DNA from: Octopus sinensis
Lineage: Eukaryota
Direction of reading: 5' to 3'
DNA length: 11,996 nt
Assembly: GCF_006345805.1 (NCBI RefSeq)
Contig: NW_021826667.1
Span: 1 to 11,996 of the forward strand
Shown here: positions 9,344 through 11,996 of the stretch, piece after piece
How positions within the stretch are numbered: the stretch's first letter is position 1
Layout: each line of letters opens with the position of its first letter
Made by a program: the position numbers and the translations under genes
Notes under the pieces: model-generated
Database searches by the model: none
Told to the model about the DNA's origin: nothing
What the model saw: only the letters and a program-made list of their open reading frames with translations

Positions 9344-9377
9344 TAATAATAATATAATAATAATAATAATAATAATA

Positions 9378-9457
<80 letters not shown>

Positions 9458-9497
9458 GTTGTTATTATATTATTGTTATTATTATTATTATTATTAT
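9316..9497. repeat. (AAT)n(ATT)n head-to-head microsatellite, centre at 9378/9379
   Basis: Direct reading. Confidence 0.97.
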
Positions 9498-10230
9498 AAG
9501 GCATTCTATTTATCAAAGTATTCTACTTTATTGAAGGTAGCGAAGTGTACTGTTTGAGGGAGATTTGGCTGCTATCTCTAGCACTGCGAGTCATGTATCA
9601 TTGTGAGATATTTGAAATAATTATTGAAGCAATTACATGTAAGATGCATATTAGCCATTCAAAATCTCACGTAAACTGTTAACCGATATTAAACGTTTAT
9701 TGTTTGTATGTTCGTCACTGATATGGTTCATCTTCTATTGGCTTCGTTTGAGGTTCTTGGTAAGCATTATCTAGGTTTTAGGGCTATACATATAATTATA
9801 TCGTTCATGCAAGTCAATCCTTCTGGATGTTACCACTTGATGCATATAGTTAGTCAGTCAACCAAAGACTCAGTTAAACGACCAACTACAAACTATGCAT
9901 CAATAACCAGAACGACTTAACTATTCAGTTGAACCCTGAAACCTAAATACTGAAACTCCGAAACCTATATGTGCCGATCAGCAACCTTACCTCTAAAGAG
10001 TTGCAGTGGTACCGCGTCTGTCGTGTCACCGTTGGTAAAAAGAATATCTGGACACCAAGTAATAAATGTTTAAAAGAATTTTTAAAATGTTGGGTCTTTT
10101 TAAATGACCAATATTTGCTTTCCATGCTGTAATTGCTTGAGCTTCAACACACGGTCCTGAATCAGATCATTTGTTAGGCAAATTATTGATACAACTCCAA
10201 TTAAATACCTCAACTTTGTGCATCCGAACA

Positions 10231-10233
<3 letters not shown>

Positions 10234-10270
<37 letters not shown>
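10234..10270. repeat. (ATT)n microsatellite (3' flank or tail of copy B)
   Basis: Direct reading. Confidence 0.97.
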
Positions 10271-10273
<3 letters not shown>

Positions 10274-10815
10274 TAGTTTTATTTTTATAGCGTGCTTTCA
10301 CTTCACTACCGAGCGCAGCTCTGTGTGCCTTGGGTATGGGCTGTGATTTGTTGTGATGCTCTGATGGTTATTGTATGGAAAGTGTTCTGCGTAGGATGTG
10401 TGCAGTGCCTAGTAGTGCAATTTTCTGTATGTTATATGTGTTTGTAAGTCCTGGTGTTTTTGTTATGTATTTGTCTGAATATTTTTTATCATGCCTATGC
10501 ACCTATTACGATAGGAATTGTTTCTGTTTCAGGTTCCACACTAGTTACCTCTATTTCAAGGTCTTTGTATTTTGAGAGTTTCTCCATTTCTTTTAGAGAC
10601 AACGTTGTCATCTGCCGGTATTGATACATCAATTAGAAAGCATTTTTTTTCTTCATGATCTCTGACAACTATATCTGGTCTGTTGGCCTTAATTTCTCTA
10701 TCGTGTGTATCGGCATATCCCAGAGTATGGTTACTTTCTCGTTTTCTGTGACCTTTCTGGTGTGTGCCTATACCATCTTTTTTCTGTTGTTATTCCATAA
10801 TGTTGGCATAGCTTC

Positions 10816-10818
<3 letters not shown>
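10271..10818 (-). mobile_element. 5'-truncated R4/Dong-like non-LTR retrotransposon 3' end (copy B)
   Basis: Reverse complement reads (TAA)n-element-(TAA)n, with the same 3' UTR as copy A and a longer endonuclease-coding remnant. Confidence 0.9.
10368..10816 (-). pseudogene. Restriction-like (PD-(D/E)xK) endonuclease domain remnant of an R4-clade retrotransposon ORF
   Basis: Hand translation across several frameshifts: WKLCQHYGITTEKRWYRHTPE/VTENEKVTILWDMPIH/DREIKANRPDIVVRDHEEKKCFLIDVSIPADDNV/SLKEMEKLSKYKDLEIEVT/.../ETIPIVIGA/GMIK/YSDKYITKTPGLTNTYNIQKIALLGTAHILRRTLSIQ*. The RPD...D...EK..KY motif is present. Confidence 0.88.
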
Positions 10819-10853
<35 letters not shown>

Positions 10854-10867
10854 GATTATTATTTTAT

Positions 10868-10925
<58 letters not shown>
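10817..10925. repeat. (ATT)n followed by (AGT)n microsatellite
   Basis: Direct reading: (AGT)n about 10868-10924. Confidence 0.97.
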
Positions 10926-10926
<1 letters not shown>

Positions 10927-11299
10927 ACAATGATGTTTGTACCGTGGTCGTGATGATACTAGTTTCAGTTACAATGGCTTGAGTAGCTGAGTCTGTTCAA
11001 CGTTTACGAGAAACTTAGTATCATCCTCAACACTGCTGTTGTTGGTATTATTCTTATTAGTTTTGTTATCGATACTTTCGTTGATGATAATGTCGGAGTG
11101 GATAGTGTTAACAATAGTAATGTTGGTGTTGATAATGTGCGTAATGATAATGTTGGTGTTAATGTTAGTGATGATAATTTGAAGGCGATAATAACGGTCG
11201 CAGTCTGTATCAGTTCTTATTGATTTATCTGCAATACTTTGCAGAGAATTTAAACAAAAATCTATCGTTTTACTTTGTATCTGGCGATGGCGTATTTGA

Positions 11300-11558
11300 T
11301 ATATATATATATATATATATATAAATCAAATACGCACACACAAACACACACAAACACACACACATATATACGTTACAGTGTGTGTCTATGTATACATCTC
11401 TATATGCATATAGACGAATATATATATATGTATAAACGCATATTATATATATTTATCTATATGTATACCTCTCTATATATATGTATATGTATATGTATAA
11501 TGTATATGTGTAGTATATATAGTTATATATATATAATATATATATATTATAAATATAT
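11300..11558. repeat. Degenerate (TA)/(CA) low-complexity tract
   Basis: Direct reading. Confidence 0.85.
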
Positions 11559-11688
11559 ATTTATTATATAGAAGGAGCTTCTACAGGACTAGTACTGTTT
11601 CATTCAAGAGAAATCTCAGGAGCTTCCTGATGATTTCTCTTGAATGAAACAGTACTAGTCCTGTAGAAGCTCCTTCTATATAATAAAT
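11559..11688. repeat. 130-bp near-perfect inverted repeat: 57-bp perfect arms with a self-complementary 16-nt centre
   Basis: 11559-11615 is the exact reverse complement of 11632-11688. The centre TCAGGA-GCT-TCCTGA-T adds 6 more pairs with one bulged T. Confidence 0.98.
11618..11674 (+). ncRNA. Type I hammerhead ribozyme motif, predicted cleavage after GUA at 11665
   Basis: Stem I AGGAGCTTC (11618-26) pairs with GAAGCTCCT (11666-74), 9 bp. Core CTGATGA (11627-33). Stem II TTC-(TCTT)-GAA closed by T-T instead of G-C. GAAA (11646-49). Stem III ACAG/CTGT with loop TACTAGTC. NUH triplet GTA (11663-65). Confidence 0.75.
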
Positions 11689-11752
11689 TAATTTTACTCT
11701 GCTATGTATTGAGTACCTTACTTACTGGGTTAACCCCGGATCACCCGGGACC

Positions 11753-11755
<3 letters not shown>

Positions 11756-11800
<45 letters not shown>
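11756..11800. repeat. (TA)n microsatellite
   Basis: Direct reading. Confidence 0.97.
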
Positions 11801-11802
<2 letters not shown>

Positions 11803-11996
11803 TATATAAAGACAATATATATATTATTATATTATCTGTCTGTCTCTCTTCTGTCTGTCTGTATGTATGTATGTATATTTCGCATCTTCTGAGTACAAGA
11901 TGTAGGACTGCAATATTTCATGTGCATAAATTTTCTGCCAACTGTATAATTCTTTCAAGAAATATTCAAAATATTTGTGACCATGGTGTAGCGTTA

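Larger units (their letters stand above)
11559..11755 (+). mobile_element. Probable Penelope-like element terminal (pLTR) remnant with an inverted 5' duplication
   Basis: Hammerhead motif, inverted duplication of the hammerhead-bearing segment, and an asymmetric 67-bp extension ending in (TA)n. Hammerheads and inverted pLTR ends are both known Penelope hallmarks. No RT or GIY-YIG sequence is in the window, so the assignment is inference. Confidence 0.55.

Noticed and set aside
9531-9595. GAAGGTAGCGA...GGCTGCTATCTCTAGC as a further SINE fragment
   Set aside because: Too short and too diverged to support without a search.
10375-10855. Plus-strand ORFs 10375-10575 and 10655-10855
   Set aside because: Antisense to the retrotransposon endonuclease remnant.
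11571-11631. Second hammerhead on the minus strand of the palindrome
   Set aside because: The core is CTGAGA (one base missing) and the 5' stem I strand GGAAGCTC does not pair properly.
1-11996. CRISPR array or prokaryotic system
   Set aside because: No repeat-spacer periodicity, no operon-like ORFs; the content is eukaryotic repeats.

Overview
AT-rich, microsatellite-dense eukaryotic non-coding DNA (intronic or intergenic). The repeat mix resembles a coleoid cephalopod (Octopus-like) genome; that assignment is inference from recalled repeats, not a search. No intact protein-coding gene is visible, and most supplied ORFs are translated microsatellites. Supported contents: (1) a 2,188-bp Tigger/pogo DNA transposon (5207-7394) with 12-bp TIRs, flanking TA and a decayed DD32D transposase lacking its DNA-binding region; (2) two 5'-truncated R4/Dong-like non-LTR retrotransposon 3' ends, each inside (TAA)n arrays and facing each other (9090-9315 +, 10271-10818 -); (3) two copies of one tRNA-head SINE and the head of a second SINE; (4) a 555-bp non-coding cassette inside (AAT)n and a 110-bp stem-loop cassette inside (TATG)n; (5) a 130-bp near-perfect palindrome at 11559-11688 whose centre and right arm fold into a complete type I hammerhead ribozyme, plus a degenerate hammerhead-like motif at 1690-1722, both probably from Penelope-like elements. 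The hammerhead within the palindrome, and the pairing of each element with a particular microsatellite, are the most interesting signals.
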